DNA of 64,000 nt from Candidatus Avidehalobacter gallistercoris (GCA_018715045.1 DVMH01000027.1:6306-70305), one strand, 5' to 3'; positions 1 to 9,666 are shown, counted from the first letter of the stretch. Notes: generated from the letters alone by a model not told the origin. Made by a program: numbers and translations.

Positions 1-330
1 ATCAGGAAAATCTTCCATACCCATTTCCATACCAAACTCTGCGTCAGCTTTGGGTGGCATATATATCATCAAATTGGCAAACTGACCTTTGGTACGTCTG
101 ATTTTTTGTATAGAATATTTTAAGGCTTGTCCTAACCAGGCTGCCGGATTTTCGCAATTCATAATGGTATCTATTTTCACACAGGCGTCTGCAAAAGCAT
201 TCTGCACCGCTTCTTCCGCATTGCTTTTTTCCAAAAACTGCATGGCATAATTAAGCAGCTTATCATAATGCGCCTTATATAAATCCGCAATAAACTGGCT
301 TTCTTTGGCATTTAATTCACGCATCACCAT
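1..330 (-). CDS. Sigma-70 family (ECF-like) RNA polymerase sigma factor, 5' part only (gene continues past the left window edge)
   Basis: Absent from the ORF track because it is open at the edge. The reverse strand from ATG at 328-330 reads MVMRELNAKESQFIADLYKAHYDKLLNYAMQFLEKSNAEEAVQNAFADACVKIDTIMNCENPAAWLGQALKYSIQKIRRTKGQF. This matches the layout of sigma-70 region 2. Family call by motif recognition only. Confidence 0.55.
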   Translation of the reverse strand, partial: MVMRELNAKESQFIADLYKAHYDKLLNYAMQFLEKSNAEEAVQNAFADACVKIDTIMNCENPAAWLGQALKYSIQKIRRTKGQFANLMIYMPPKADAEFGMEMGMEDFPD

Positions 331-482
331 ACCACATCCCGCAACCTCACCTCATAATTTATTTTAGCATATTTTCATTATTTGCCAACTATTATAAAAC
401 ATCTTTTGCCAGTTTTTCTACAAATTTCGATTTTTCAGGCAGAGCTATATTGCCAATATAAGGAAAAAACCGGAAGCCGAAT

Positions 483-523
483 AAAAAAGAGGCATGAATG
501 TCTGTTTTGACATTCATGCCTCT
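483..523 (-). terminator. Rho-independent terminator downstream of the giant surface-protein gene
   Basis: Perfect 15-bp stem AGAGGCATGAATGTC / GACATTCATGCCTCT with a 6-nt loop. The A-run at 483-488 on the + strand gives a U-tract on the - strand. Confidence 0.8.
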
Positions 524-649
524 AAACGGGCTGCTTTTATTTCATTCTGTCCGCTTTGACGCAACAGGATATTACATTGGCAGCCTCATTCGCCGCCGTG
601 CTTATCACCGATATTTGATAAGCGCGGCATAAATTCATTTACTGAGAAA

Positions 650-3600
650 TCAGTCTGCCAAGTCAGTCCAGTTTTCTGCACTGCCAGACTTTTTGTATTC
701 GTGGCCGTTGGTGGCCTCGATGATGTTATAGTACGCCCAGTTGCTTACCGATACATCGGAGAAAGTGCGCAGACTGCCTGCATGAGCATCTACATAATCT
801 TCATCCGCCGCACGATCCAACAGACGGTTTGTGATGGTGGTCACTTCAGCACGGGTAATGGTATTGTTCGGGCGGAAAGAGCCGTCCTCATAGCCATTGA
901 TCCAGCCATACTGAATCGAGCCAACCACCTGATCATAGAACCAGTCGTCCTCATCTACATCAGTGAAGATGTTTTTGCCGCCGGTATCCAGTTCGGCAAA
1001 GCCCATGGCAATAACCGTAAACTCGGCGCGGGTAATGGCGCGATTCGGGTCGAAACGGTTATCGCCCACACCCTTAATAATTCCAAGAGACGCCAGAGTA
1101 TTCACAGGTTTGGCATACCATGCGTTATCCGCCACATCAACAAAATTCGCCGTTATGGCAACATTTTTATCCAGCAGCAGGTTATAGAACATCTGCGCCA
1201 CCTCGGCACGGGTCATAACACTGCCCGGAGCAAAAGCGCCATCAGCATAGCCGTTCAGGTAAGCGTTATGGTCTTTGGTGTTCAGCCAATCGGATACGTT
1301 GGTATCGTCAGGATCAGCCACACCGCTTTCCAGAGCAAAAATTGCCTCGATAGTGTGTCTTTCCCGCACTTTTTCAAAAGTGTACTTCTCCACTGCGCCG
1401 ACGCTCTCGCCGTCCACCAGCACGTCAGAGATCTCATAGCCTTCGTTGGCCGTGATGGTGAAAGTCCTTTCGCCATTGCGGATCACACTTACGCTGCCGT
1501 CAGGGCTGATCTTGCCGCCCTTGCCGGCGCTGGCGTTGATGATATAGCGGGTGGCGCCGCCGCCGGTATTCACGGCAAAGCTGGCGGTTATGGCCGCATT
1601 GGCAGTGATGTTTTCAATCTCATAACTGCTTACCGCGCCAACGCTTTGACCGTTGACGGTAACATCAGAGATGTGATAGCCTGAATTAGCGGCGATAGTG
1701 AAAGTCTGATTTTCGCCGCGCTTCACAAACACTGTGCCGCTCGGGCTGATTGTACCGTTAGCGCCAGCCTGCGCCGTAACGGTCAGATAGGTTGGCTCGT
1801 CGGGAATACCGTCACCGTCAGTATCCTCGCCAAAGTAGGCTACGACAGCGCTGTCCGCCTGCACATCTTCAAGGGTCCAGACGCTTTCAAACGGATTTTC
1901 GGCGTCATTGTTGGCATAGACCACATCATCGTTGACAGTGATGTAATCCAGAGCATAGTCCGCGTTCGCAGTGATGGTGAATTCAACATCATCGCCAGCC
2001 CTGACCACCTTAGTAGCAGGACTAATGGAGCCGTTGTTGGAACCGTCCACGCTGGCGGTTACGGTGTAGGTCTTGTATTTGTCAGGAATGCCATTGCTGT
2101 CAGCATCTTCGGCGAAAGTCACGACGATGCTATGGTCTGCCTGGACATCCGAGAAAGTATAGGTCTTGTTATCCTTATCATATCCTGCCAGGTCCTCTGT
2201 GCCATCGTTGCAGAACGGCGTTCTGTCAATGTAGATAAGATCCACTGCATATCCGGAAGCAGGGCTCAGCGTGAACGCCTTTTCGCCACCCTTCGTAACC
2301 GTAGTGGCCTTATCGGGATTAATGCTGCCATTCAGGCCGGCAAAAGGATAAATTACATAATCATTGCCAAGAACGTCCGCGCGGCCATCACCGTCCGCAT
2401 CGTAGCCCCAAACCGCATAAACGGTGATATTCGCCTTATCAAAGGTTACAGCAGGAACAATTGTAATCTTTGCAAAAGCTGCTTTATCATCATCGCTGTC
2501 GCTATAGATTTGATCGGTATCATTTGCAGACCAGCCAATGAATACTACTTTCTTTGCATCAGCTCCAGATTCCGTATAGGAAAGACTGCTGCCGTCAGCC
2601 AGCACCACAGTCTGTCCGGAAATATAATCGTTATCATCGGTTATACCGCCGGTAACAGTATCATTCTCCATAGCGTTCGTATCATAGGTCAAGGCGTACT
2701 TAGCCGCCTGCTCCACATCCGGAACGCCATCCCCGTCCTCATCATAAGCCCAGGCGGCGTAGAGCTGTGTGCCGGTTGCGGAAATCGTTACGCTGTACTG
2801 GAGCTTGCTCAAAACGCCTGTATCTTCAGCACCGTAAATTTTATTATCCTCTTTATCATTTTCTGTCAGCCAGCCGAGGAACAAGACGTCTTTTCCATCC
2901 ACCGCATCGTGCGTCGGGGCATCTACCTTAACGGCGGAATCCGTAAACCGATAACTCTTTTCTTCCAGATGCTGCTTGGTAATCGTTGCATTACCATCCG
3001 CGAACTCACCGCCGTTAGCGTTATAAGTCAACGTGCGGTTGTATTTATCGGGGATATTACCGTCGCCTGTAACTGCATCAAAAGTGATACTTATGGTATG
3101 ATTAGCCGCTACATTGTTGAAGCTGACCGCCTGGAAGCTGGTGGAAGTGTAGCCAGCACCGCTGGGAGAAGCCGCGCCATTAGTATTCTTGTACGGAACG
3201 TTGTCCACCGTAATGGTATCCACAGCATAACCGGAATCCGGGGTAATATTTACCGTCAGGTTTTGCCCCGCAACCACAGAGTAAGTGTTAGAGAGCGTTC
3301 TCGCCAAACTGTTCGCAGCAGGCTGATTAAAACTATAATCAACTGCGGCGGAGCCATTGTCGCCAGTTTCCACCGTGATAGTCCAGGTACCATCATTAAT
3401 ATCCGCAGTGCCATTGCCGTCAGCATCATAGCCCCAAACAGCATAAACCGTCGTATTTCCTGTGATATCCACAGAGGTAACTATATCAGTAGGCCGTGAA
3501 TCATTGACACTGTAAATATTTTCATGCTTAGTTTCAGACCAGCCCATGCACACAACCGCTACGGTCTTTTTATCCCAAGTGCCTTCAGCGTGGGTGGGAA

Positions 3601-6600
3601 GAGGCGCACCACTCAACAGCGTATAGCCTGTCTGCGCCACTACGTCAACAGTTTTTGTTGTCGCATTATCAGCAAATGCGCCGCCGTTAGCGTTATAAGT
3701 CAGAGTGTAGACATCCTCCGCCACATCAGCCGTACCATCGTTGTTGGTGTCGTAACCCCAAACCGCGTAAAGAGTCGTGTTAGTGTTCGGCATCGTATAC
3801 TGAGCGCTCGCTGCATATACGGTCAGAGCAGCAAATTCCTGCTTGTCTTCCAGGCTGTATATCTTATCCGTCTTAGTTTCCGTCCAGCCGATGAAAGCCA
3901 CTGCCTTGCCATCCACATTGCTGTGCGCCGGTTTATCCACCGACAGGGCAACAGTTGTGCCACCCTGTATACCGCCCTGCTGAGCAGGCACCCCTGTTAC
4001 CGTGCCCTCGATCGCATTGCCGTTATAAGTAAGCAGATATGTTGCCGTAGTAGCATCATATGCATTGGTGACGGTCACGCTCTTATCTAAGGTCACAGTA
4101 CCACTTTTGTCCGCATAATTGATGTAACCGCCCTGGCCGACCGCAGCAACTACATCTCCGGTAAACGCAGGTGTATAACCGTCAACATGAGTCTGCGTCA
4201 ACTGATATTGGGCGCCCACGGGCAGACCCTCAATCACTGCCGTATCCCCAGCTTTCAGGCTGAACGTACCGCCATTGCTTATTTTTGTGCCAGAATCAGT
4301 GTTGTTAATCTTAATCGCATATGCGCCGGAAAGAGCAGTCTGACCATTCAGGTTAGAGAGATTCAGGGTATAAGTAAACTCCTGATCTTGATTTGCACCA
4401 TCTCCAGTGGTAGCATCCACAGTCACGGTAAGGCTGCCGGTAAGCGCAGCCTCCGTCAGCAGGCCGTTGTTACCCAGACGCACGGTGACCTGCCCATTAG
4501 CAAACACGGGATAGTTATATGTCGATGCGGTATCGGTCACATTTGGAGATTTAACGAAATTCGCATCGGCTACGCGGGAGAGCTTATCGGTACCCGCTTT
4601 GATGTACAGAACGCTATCCACTATCATAGCGTTGTTTGATACACTAATACGGCTGCCGTCTTCCAGCATATGATAATCGGTCAGCTTATCGGCAGCATCG
4701 CCTATGCCAGTTGCCTGATAGTAAACATGCTCATAATAATAGGCAAGACCAGGCGTATAGCCTGTCGCCGGCTGAAGCCGGTAAGCAACGTCGTTAACAT
4801 TTACCACATTCTGACCCGGCAGAATAGTCGTTTGACCTGCCGCCGCGGCGGCTGCTTCGGTAAGGTAGGTTGTTGTGCCGCCTGCTGTATTTACCAGATT
4901 ATAGAGAACGGTATCCTCGGTGTACTTATAGAAAGCGTTGGATGATGCGGGCGTGAACACAGCAGTGGCAGTACCATACTGCTCGTCGCCCTGCGTGGCG
5001 CTATCATATTCCCCTGCATAGTAACTGGTTACACCGTTCAGGGAATTAGCCGTCAGATAATCGTTATCCGCAACGCCCCAGGTGTGCGTATCATCTTTGG
5101 CCACCGAGTAAAACAGGCGGATGGGATAGGCATTCTTACCCTCCTGAATAGCATAGGAGATTGTTCCGTTCGGGTCTACGGCAGCCGTGGCCGTGACTGT
5201 ACGCAGCGGCAGAAGATTAGCCGGAATCGTCCAGCTCAACATATTCAGATCATTGTCGCCTTTGGTAACGGTCAACTGGATTGTATTCAGATTGCCGCCG
5301 GGGTAAATATCATTGGCATCGATTTGTTGACTGGGGAAAGTATAGGTTGTCGTATCACCAATTGTATTCGAAGTTACAGCGTCATACTTATTGCCACCAA
5401 ACACGATAGACGGCATACCGGTCACATTCATATATGCCCCCAGCTTATCGGTAAAGGTCAGCACCTTACTATCGCCGCCAGTACCCGCCACGCCCTCAAT
5501 CTCGGTAGTCGGGAAAGAAGGATTGACGGTATTCACCTGATTTATTATTTGATCAAAAATGTTTTGCCAAGCGTCTCCTGTATCAAGATCCGTGGCAGCA
5601 AAGTAACCGTCATTGTACTTCAGGTCATCCAAAGTCAACTCAGTGTTGCTTCCGCGATAAATGGTCTGATATATGTGCCTATCTCTTATAGCAGCTTGTG
5701 CACGCATCAACTGAACAGAAGAATTATTAAATGATTCTAAAGCATCCTTTACAAGTACATTTTCTATACCTATTTGCAAAGCATCCGTCAGAGTTGCCTG
5801 TGGATTCAGCACCAGTTCAGCCATGGTTTTATCGGAATCATTTGTCAGATCGCCCAAACCCACGGTGTAGATATAAGGCTGCTTGCTGTTTCCGTTGTAG
5901 GTATAGTTTTCTTCTATGGCCTGCTTACCATAAGCCGCTGTCAGCAACGATAAAAAACTCTGAGCAATATAGTTCTGCGGGTTAAGATTTGCAATCTGTC
6001 CATCAATATTAAACGGATTTACATAACTAGACTCTTCCATTGCTTGCGGAGTGCCTACATAAAGCTCGTTTCCTCTTTCAGGGTTGCCGCTGGCCATGGA
6101 GATCACCACCGGAACGCGCAACACGGTTTCGGTTTGCCCGCTGGTATTTTTAACCTCAGCCGTTACGTCAGCCGCGCTGGAAAGATTATACATACCCTCG
6201 TTAATGCCCACCTGATAATTCCGATAGCAGGTGCTGTCAAAATCAAAGGCTATCGAGACCAACGGCTGGCCGGTCAAAATACCCCGCGAAGCAACACCGT
6301 CTTGAGTCCGAACCAGAAGTTGAGTGGTTGCGGTTCCATTATCATAGTTCTCATAATGATTCAGAGGCAGCAGGGTCAGTGAGGTGTTATCATAAGTAAC
6401 CACACTAACTCTGTTTTGCGGGTTGGAAACCAGAATCTCACGCAAAGCTGCATTTGCAGCCACAAGCATTTCATTCACATACTGCTCCATATCGGGCGAC
6501 ATATCCAGCACCAGAGAAACATCCATAGGAATCTGTGTCTGATCAATGATCGTGGCAGTCGAACCCAGGGCGGACAATACCACCTGGAAGTCTGCATCAG

Positions 6601-6865
6601 CTGCTTTGTCGATAGTCAGACCGCTGTCGCCCACATCACCCTGAAGCGTGATGCTTTCTTCGGATACGGTTTTATCCGTCCAGATACGGCCAATATCTTT
6701 GGTGGAAAGCGTATCCCCGCCAAAAACCTCACTCCATGTGGTTAAAGTGGAGGCGTCAGTTTGTACGCCCTCTACGTCGTCTGCCATCACCGGCACGCCC
6801 GGCGGAATAACCAATCCCACCAGCATAACCAATGACAGCGCCATTGCTATAAGCTTTCTTTTCAT
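650..6865 (-). CDS. Giant (2,071 aa) secreted, S-layer-homology-anchored adhesin-like protein with a VWA-like head, Listeria-Bacteroides-type repeats, InlB-B-repeat-like modules and 3 C-terminal SLH domains
   Basis: ORF track. Signal peptide MKRKLIAMALSLVMLVGLVIPPGVPVMA. GRIWTDKTV plus DVSLVLDMSPDM form a degenerate MIDAS/VWA-like head. A prealbumin/Cna-B-like segment reads LTGSLTVTVDATTGDG...EGLPVGAQYQLTQTHVDGYTP. Repeated Y(T/A)LTYNANGG...YAVWGYDxDGDGxxDV modules and repeated G(S/T/K)ISP...F(T)I.A..GY.I..V.V modules follow. The C-terminus has three SLH domains. RBS GGAAAGGAG precedes ATG 6865. Confidence 0.9.
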   Translation of the reverse strand: MKRKLIAMALSLVMLVGLVIPPGVPVMADDVEGVQTDASTLTTWSEVFGGDTLSTKDIGRIWTDKTVSEESITLQGDVGDSGLTIDKAADADFQVVLSALGSTATIIDQTQIPMDVSLVLDMSPDMEQYVNEMLVAANAALREILVSNPQNRVSVVTYDNTSLTLLPLNHYENYDNGTATTQLLVRTQDGVASRGILTGQPLVSIAFDFDSTCYRNYQVGINEGMYNLSSAADVTAEVKNTSGQTETVLRVPVVISMASGNPERGNELYVGTPQAMEESSYVNPFNIDGQIANLNPQNYIAQSFLSLLTAAYGKQAIEENYTYNGNSKQPYIYTVGLGDLTNDSDKTMAELVLNPQATLTDALQIGIENVLVKDALESFNNSSVQLMRAQAAIRDRHIYQTIYRGSNTELTLDDLKYNDGYFAATDLDTGDAWQNIFDQIINQVNTVNPSFPTTEIEGVAGTGGDSKVLTFTDKLGAYMNVTGMPSIVFGGNKYDAVTSNTIGDTTTYTFPSQQIDANDIYPGGNLNTIQLTVTKGDNDLNMLSWTIPANLLPLRTVTATAAVDPNGTISYAIQEGKNAYPIRLFYSVAKDDTHTWGVADNDYLTANSLNGVTSYYAGEYDSATQGDEQYGTATAVFTPASSNAFYKYTEDTVLYNLVNTAGGTTTYLTEAAAAAAGQTTILPGQNVVNVNDVAYRLQPATGYTPGLAYYYEHVYYQATGIGDAADKLTDYHMLEDGSRISVSNNAMIVDSVLYIKAGTDKLSRVADANFVKSPNVTDTASTYNYPVFANGQVTVRLGNNGLLTEAALTGSLTVTVDATTGDGANQDQEFTYTLNLSNLNGQTALSGAYAIKINNTDSGTKISNGGTFSLKAGDTAVIEGLPVGAQYQLTQTHVDGYTPAFTGDVVAAVGQGGYINYADKSGTVTLDKSVTVTNAYDATTATYLLTYNGNAIEGTVTGVPAQQGGIQGGTTVALSVDKPAHSNVDGKAVAFIGWTETKTDKIYSLEDKQEFAALTVYAASAQYTMPNTNTTLYAVWGYDTNNDGTADVAEDVYTLTYNANGGAFADNATTKTVDVVAQTGYTLLSGAPLPTHAEGTWDKKTVAVVCMGWSETKHENIYSVNDSRPTDIVTSVDITGNTTVYAVWGYDADGNGTADINDGTWTITVETGDNGSAAVDYSFNQPAANSLARTLSNTYSVVAGQNLTVNITPDSGYAVDTITVDNVPYKNTNGAASPSGAGYTSTSFQAVSFNNVAANHTISITFDAVTGDGNIPDKYNRTLTYNANGGEFADGNATITKQHLEEKSYRFTDSAVKVDAPTHDAVDGKDVLFLGWLTENDKEDNKIYGAEDTGVLSKLQYSVTISATGTQLYAAWAYDEDGDGVPDVEQAAKYALTYDTNAMENDTVTGGITDDNDYISGQTVVLADGSSLSYTESGADAKKVVFIGWSANDTDQIYSDSDDDKAAFAKITIVPAVTFDKANITVYAVWGYDADGDGRADVLGNDYVIYPFAGLNGSINPDKATTVTKGGEKAFTLSPASGYAVDLIYIDRTPFCNDGTEDLAGYDKDNKTYTFSDVQADHSIVVTFAEDADSNGIPDKYKTYTVTASVDGSNNGSISPATKVVRAGDDVEFTITANADYALDYITVNDDVVYANNDAENPFESVWTLEDVQADSAVVAYFGEDTDGDGIPDEPTYLTVTAQAGANGTISPSGTVFVKRGENQTFTIAANSGYHISDVTVNGQSVGAVSSYEIENITANAAITASFAVNTGGGATRYIINASAGKGGKISPDGSVSVIRNGERTFTITANEGYEISDVLVDGESVGAVEKYTFEKVRERHTIEAIFALESGVADPDDTNVSDWLNTKDHNAYLNGYADGAFAPGSVMTRAEVAQMFYNLLLDKNVAITANFVDVADNAWYAKPVNTLASLGIIKGVGDNRFDPNRAITRAEFTVIAMGFAELDTGGKNIFTDVDEDDWFYDQVVGSIQYGWINGYEDGSFRPNNTITRAEVTTITNRLLDRAADEDYVDAHAGSLRTFSDVSVSNWAYYNIIEATNGHEYKKSGSAENWTDLAD
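653..1297 (-). other. C-terminal cell-wall anchor: three tandem SLH domains plus a fourth SLH-like remnant (last 215 aa of the giant CDS)
   Basis: The three domains read VSDWLNTKDHNAYLNGYADGAFAPGSVMTRAEVAQMFYNLL, FVDVADNAWYAKPVNTLASLGIIKGVGDNRFDPNRAITRAEFTVIAMGFA and FTDVDEDDWFYDQVVGSIQYGWINGYEDGSFRPNNTITRAEVTTITNRLL. FSDVSVSNWAYYNIIEA is the remnant. Coordinates come from counting residues back from the stop. Confidence 0.85.
2370..4045 (-). repeat. Four tandem protein-coding modules inside the giant CDS (Listeria-Bacteroides/Flg_new-type repeat followed by a DxDxDG acidic loop); borders approximate
   Basis: Modules begin TYLLTYNGNAIEG, VYTLTYNANGGAFADN, RTLTYNANGGEFADG and YALTYDTNAMEND. 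Each ends (L/V)YA(V/A)W(G/A)YD(T/A/E)(N/D)(N/G)DG(T/V/R)(A/P)DV. The recurring WGYD-encoding DNA is visible near 3770, 3435, 2750 and 2410. Confidence 0.7.
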
Positions 6866-6965
6866 GCCATTGTTTCTCCTTTCCTGCTAATCCAGCTTTC
6901 AACGCTTGACTACATTGATCCTTTTCTGTGACAACCCTATACCCTGATAGCCACCTGGTAGAATA

Positions 6966-6994
6966 ATCATACCAGAAAAAAAAAAAAATACAAT
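6966..6994 (-). promoter_or_regulatory. Predicted sigma-A-type promoter of the giant adhesin gene, with a spacer made almost entirely of a T13 homopolymer
   Basis: The - strand reads TTGTA-T13-CTGG-TATGAT. The -10 is TATGAT (6966-6971) with an upstream TGG (extended -10-like). The spacer is CTGG plus a T-run (A13 at 6976-6988 on the + strand). The -35-like element is TTGTAT/ATTGTA. The predicted 5' UTR is about 95 nt. Confidence 0.45.
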
Positions 6995-7058
6995 AACCAA
7001 TTGTAAATAGACCATAAAAATCCGGCATTATTTCCGACAGATTTCCGCTTATTACGCA

Positions 7059-7100
7059 TAAAAAAACGCCCCCGGCCAAATGGCCAGAGGCGTTTTTTTA
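7059..7100. terminator. Bidirectional Rho-independent terminator (ends hppA on the - strand)
   Basis: Stem AACGCCCCCGGCC / GGCCAGAGGCGTT with a 4-nt loop. It is flanked by an A7 run on the left and a T7 run on the right. Confidence 0.8.
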
Positions 7101-7121
7101 TGCATTTTGTTATCTATCTGT

Positions 7122-9164
7122 TTACAGGAACAGGGGCACGAAGACCAGCGCGATAATCGTCATCAGCTTGATCAGAATGTTGATGGACGGACCCGAAGTA
7201 TCCTTGAAAGGATCGCCCACAGTGTCGCCGTTAACAGCCGCCGCGTGCGCATCAGAGCCTTTGCCGCCAAAGTGGCCGCCCTCGATGTACTTCTTGGCGT
7301 TATCCCAGGCGCCGCCCGCGTTGCTCATCATCACAGCCAGCAGGAAACCGGTCACCAGAGAGCCGGCCAGCAGACCGCCCAGAGCCTCAGGCCCCAGCAC
7401 CAGGCCGACAAACAGCGGCGCAACCACAGCCAGCACAGCCGGCATAACCATCTCACGCAGAGCCGCCGTAGTAGAGATATCCACGCAGCGGGCATAATCC
7501 GGCTTGGCAGCGCCCTCCATCAGGCCGGGGATTTCACGGAACTGACGGCGCACCTCAGTAATCATATGCGAAGCCGAACGCCCCACAGCGCTCATTGTCA
7601 TCGCAGAGAACAGGAATGGCAGCATACCGCCGATAAACAGGCCGATAACCACCATCGGATTCATAATATCAATATTGGTAACTCCCGCTGCCTGCGTGTA
7701 GGCGGAAAACAGCGCCAAAGCAGTCAGCGCAGCAGAACCAATAGCAAAGCCCTTGCCGATGGCAGCGGTGGTGTTGCCAACCGCGTCCAGATTATCGGTG
7801 ATCTCACGCACATGGTGTTCCAGACCGGCCATCTCAGCAATGCCGCCAGCATTATCGGAAATCGGGCCATACGCGTCAACCGCCACCACAATGCCGGTGG
7901 TGGAAAGCATACCCACAGCCGCGATGGCAATGCCGTACAGACCGGCAAAGTAAAACGCAGCGCCGATACCGCAGCAGATAACGATGATCGGCAGCGCGGT
8001 GGAAGTCATCCCAGTGGCAATACCGGAAATGATGTTGGTCGCAGTGCCAGTCTCGCAGGAAGCGGCAATGTCCTTAACCGGCTTATAGTCAGCCGAAGTG
8101 TAATATTCGGTGATCTTACCAATCAATGTACCGGCCACCAGACCAGCCACACTGGCAATGAACACGCCGGTGTTGGTGTACATACCGTTCTGGAAAGTTT
8201 CCGGCAGAACAAACTTGCAGATAACGAACGTGCCCACGATAGAAAGCAGCGTTGCCACATATGTACCGGCGTCCAGAGCTTTCTGGGGGTTTTTGCCCTC
8301 GCCCGTGCGCACAAAGAAAGTGCCGATAATGCTGGAAACAATGCCCCAGGCCGCCAGCAGCAGCGGCACGATAACGCCCTCGCCGTTATCTCCGATAGCC
8401 AAAGACGCGCCCAGCGCAATGGCTGCAATAACAGAACCAACATAAGATTCAAACAAGTCGGAACCCATACCGGCCACGTCGCCGACGTTATCGCCCACGT
8501 TATCAGCAATAACCGCCGGGTTACGCGGATCATCTTCGGGAATACCGGCCTCAACCTTGCCAACCAGGTCAGCGCCCACGTCGGCAGCCTTGGTGTAGAT
8601 ACCGCCGCCCACACGGCCAAACAGAGCCACGGACGAAGCGCCCAGGCTGAATCCGTTAATAATGTCAGACTGACCGGGGAAAAGCAAAACCACAATACCC
8701 AGACCCAAAAGACCCAGGCCAACCACGCTCATGCCCATAACAGCGCCGCCGGAGAAAGCCACGCTCAAAGCCTTGTTCAGGCCGGAGGCCTGCGCAGCAT
8801 TGGCAGTTCTGGCATTGGCCTTGGTTGCAATACGCATACCGATATTGCCAGCCAGAATGGAGCAGACCGCGCCAATCAGGAAAGGAACGGCAGTCAGCGG
8901 ATTCAGGCCGCCCTCAGTGCCGCCGGTAATCATACCGGCCCCCACGATGACCAGCGCCATAACCACGACGAAAATAACCAGAGTTTTATACTGACGGCCC
9001 AAAAAAGCCATTGCGCCCTCATGGATAGAATTCATAATCTCCACCATGCGGTCATTGCCGGGCTCCACAGCCGTCACCCGCTTGGCCAGCACCACTGCGA
9101 ACAGCAATGCCAGCACGCCGGCCAACGCACCGATCACCGGAGCGTAATTCATAATGAAATCCAT
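7122..9164 (-). CDS. hppA: Membrane-bound ion-translocating pyrophosphatase (K+-dependent subfamily signature)
   Basis: 680 aa and polytopic. Diagnostic motifs are [76 protein letters not shown] and [29 protein letters not shown] (Ala rather than Lys) is the K+-dependent signature. H+ versus Na+ coupling cannot be told by eye. Confidence 0.95.
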   Translation of the reverse strand: MDFIMNYAPVIGALAGVLALLFAVVLAKRVTAVEPGNDRMVEIMNSIHEGAMAFLGRQYKTLVIFVVVMALVIVGAGMITGGTEGGLNPLTAVPFLIGAVCSILAGNIGMRIATKANARTANAAQASGLNKALSVAFSGGAVMGMSVVGLGLLGLGIVVLLFPGQSDIINGFSLGASSVALFGRVGGGIYTKAADVGADLVGKVEAGIPEDDPRNPAVIADNVGDNVGDVAGMGSDLFESYVGSVIAAIALGASLAIGDNGEGVIVPLLLAAWGIVSSIIGTFFVRTGEGKNPQKALDAGTYVATLLSIVGTFVICKFVLPETFQNGMYTNTGVFIASVAGLVAGTLIGKITEYYTSADYKPVKDIAASCETGTATNIISGIATGMTSTALPIIVICCGIGAAFYFAGLYGIAIAAVGMLSTTGIVVAVDAYGPISDNAGGIAEMAGLEHHVREITDNLDAVGNTTAAIGKGFAIGSAALTALALFSAYTQAAGVTNIDIMNPMVVIGLFIGGMLPFLFSAMTMSAVGRSASHMITEVRRQFREIPGLMEGAAKPDYARCVDISTTAALREMVMPAVLAVVAPLFVGLVLGPEALGGLLAGSLVTGFLLAVMMSNAGGAWDNAKKYIEGGHFGGKGSDAHAAAVNGDTVGDPFKDTSGPSINILIKLMTIIALVFVPLFL

Positions 9165-9218
9165 AGTTCTCTCAAAATCCTCCTAACTTTGCCTTAAAAC
9201 GATTGAATCCCTGCGGCA

Positions 9219-9440
9219 TTAAAGAGCCGCCAACAACAGCGTCAACGCCAGAAACAGCACCGCCGCCACTATAGAGAGCTTGGAAAACAGTTCATCCATA
9301 CCCTTCTTTTTGCCGAAGAACGTCTCCGCGCCGCCCGCGATGGAGCCGGAAAGCCCGGCGCTCTTGCTGGACTGCATCAGTACCGTCACAATCAGCGCAA
9401 TGGCGCACAGCATCTGCAAAATCATCAGCACAGTAGTCAT
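9219..9440 (-). CDS. secG: Preprotein translocase subunit SecG
   Basis: 73 aa with two TM segments. The central LMQSSKSAGLSGSIAGGAETFFGKKKG is typical of SecG. Confidence 0.85.
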   Translation of the reverse strand: MTTVLMILQMLCAIALIVTVLMQSSKSAGLSGSIAGGAETFFGKKKGMDELFSKLSIVAAVLFLALTLLLAAL

Positions 9441-9506
9441 TTTTTCACCTCCGCTATTGGCTATATATTATTCAAAAAATATTTACCTTAGATTAAAGCG
9501 CATTAT

Positions 9507-9535
9507 ATTATAGCACGGCCAAAGCCTTTTAGCAA
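9507..9535 (-). promoter_or_regulatory. Predicted promoter for secG(-hppA)
   Basis: The - strand reads TTGCTA, a 17-nt spacer, then TATAAT. Confidence 0.55.
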
Positions 9536-9608
9536 GCGGTTTTCCCAAGTTATTGCATAATTTTCCCACAAAATTCCTTAATATAATGTAATTCCGGCGA
9601 CGGACGGC

Positions 9609-9637
9609 TTGCATTTTGCAACGGTTTAATTTATGAT
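9609..9637 (+). promoter_or_regulatory. Predicted promoter for cobD (no riboswitch between it and the start codon)
   Basis: TTGCAT (9609-9614), a 17-nt spacer, then TATGAT (9632-9637). About 25 nt remain to the GGAGG RBS and ATG 9667. Confidence 0.55.
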
Positions 9638-9666
9638 TAAGAGAGTATTTTTTTCAGGAGGCTCTT

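Noticed and set aside
701-3499. Antisense ORFs of 327 aa (701..1684) and 455 aa (2132..3499) inside the giant adhesin gene.
   Set aside because: The compositions are Ile/Arg/Asn-rich and mirror the Asp/Thr/Gly/Val-rich repeats of the sense strand. They have no independent signals, so I treat them as frame shadows.
7080-9197. A 705-aa ORF on the + strand exactly antisense to hppA; it is longer than the real gene.
   Set aside because: Its translation is low-complexity (R/H/Q/S/N/G-rich) with no recognisable motif, and its start lies inside the terminator hairpin. The opposite strand encodes an unmistakable pyrophosphatase. Long stop-free antisense frames are expected when a GC-rich genome avoids the sense codons TTA, CTA and TCA.
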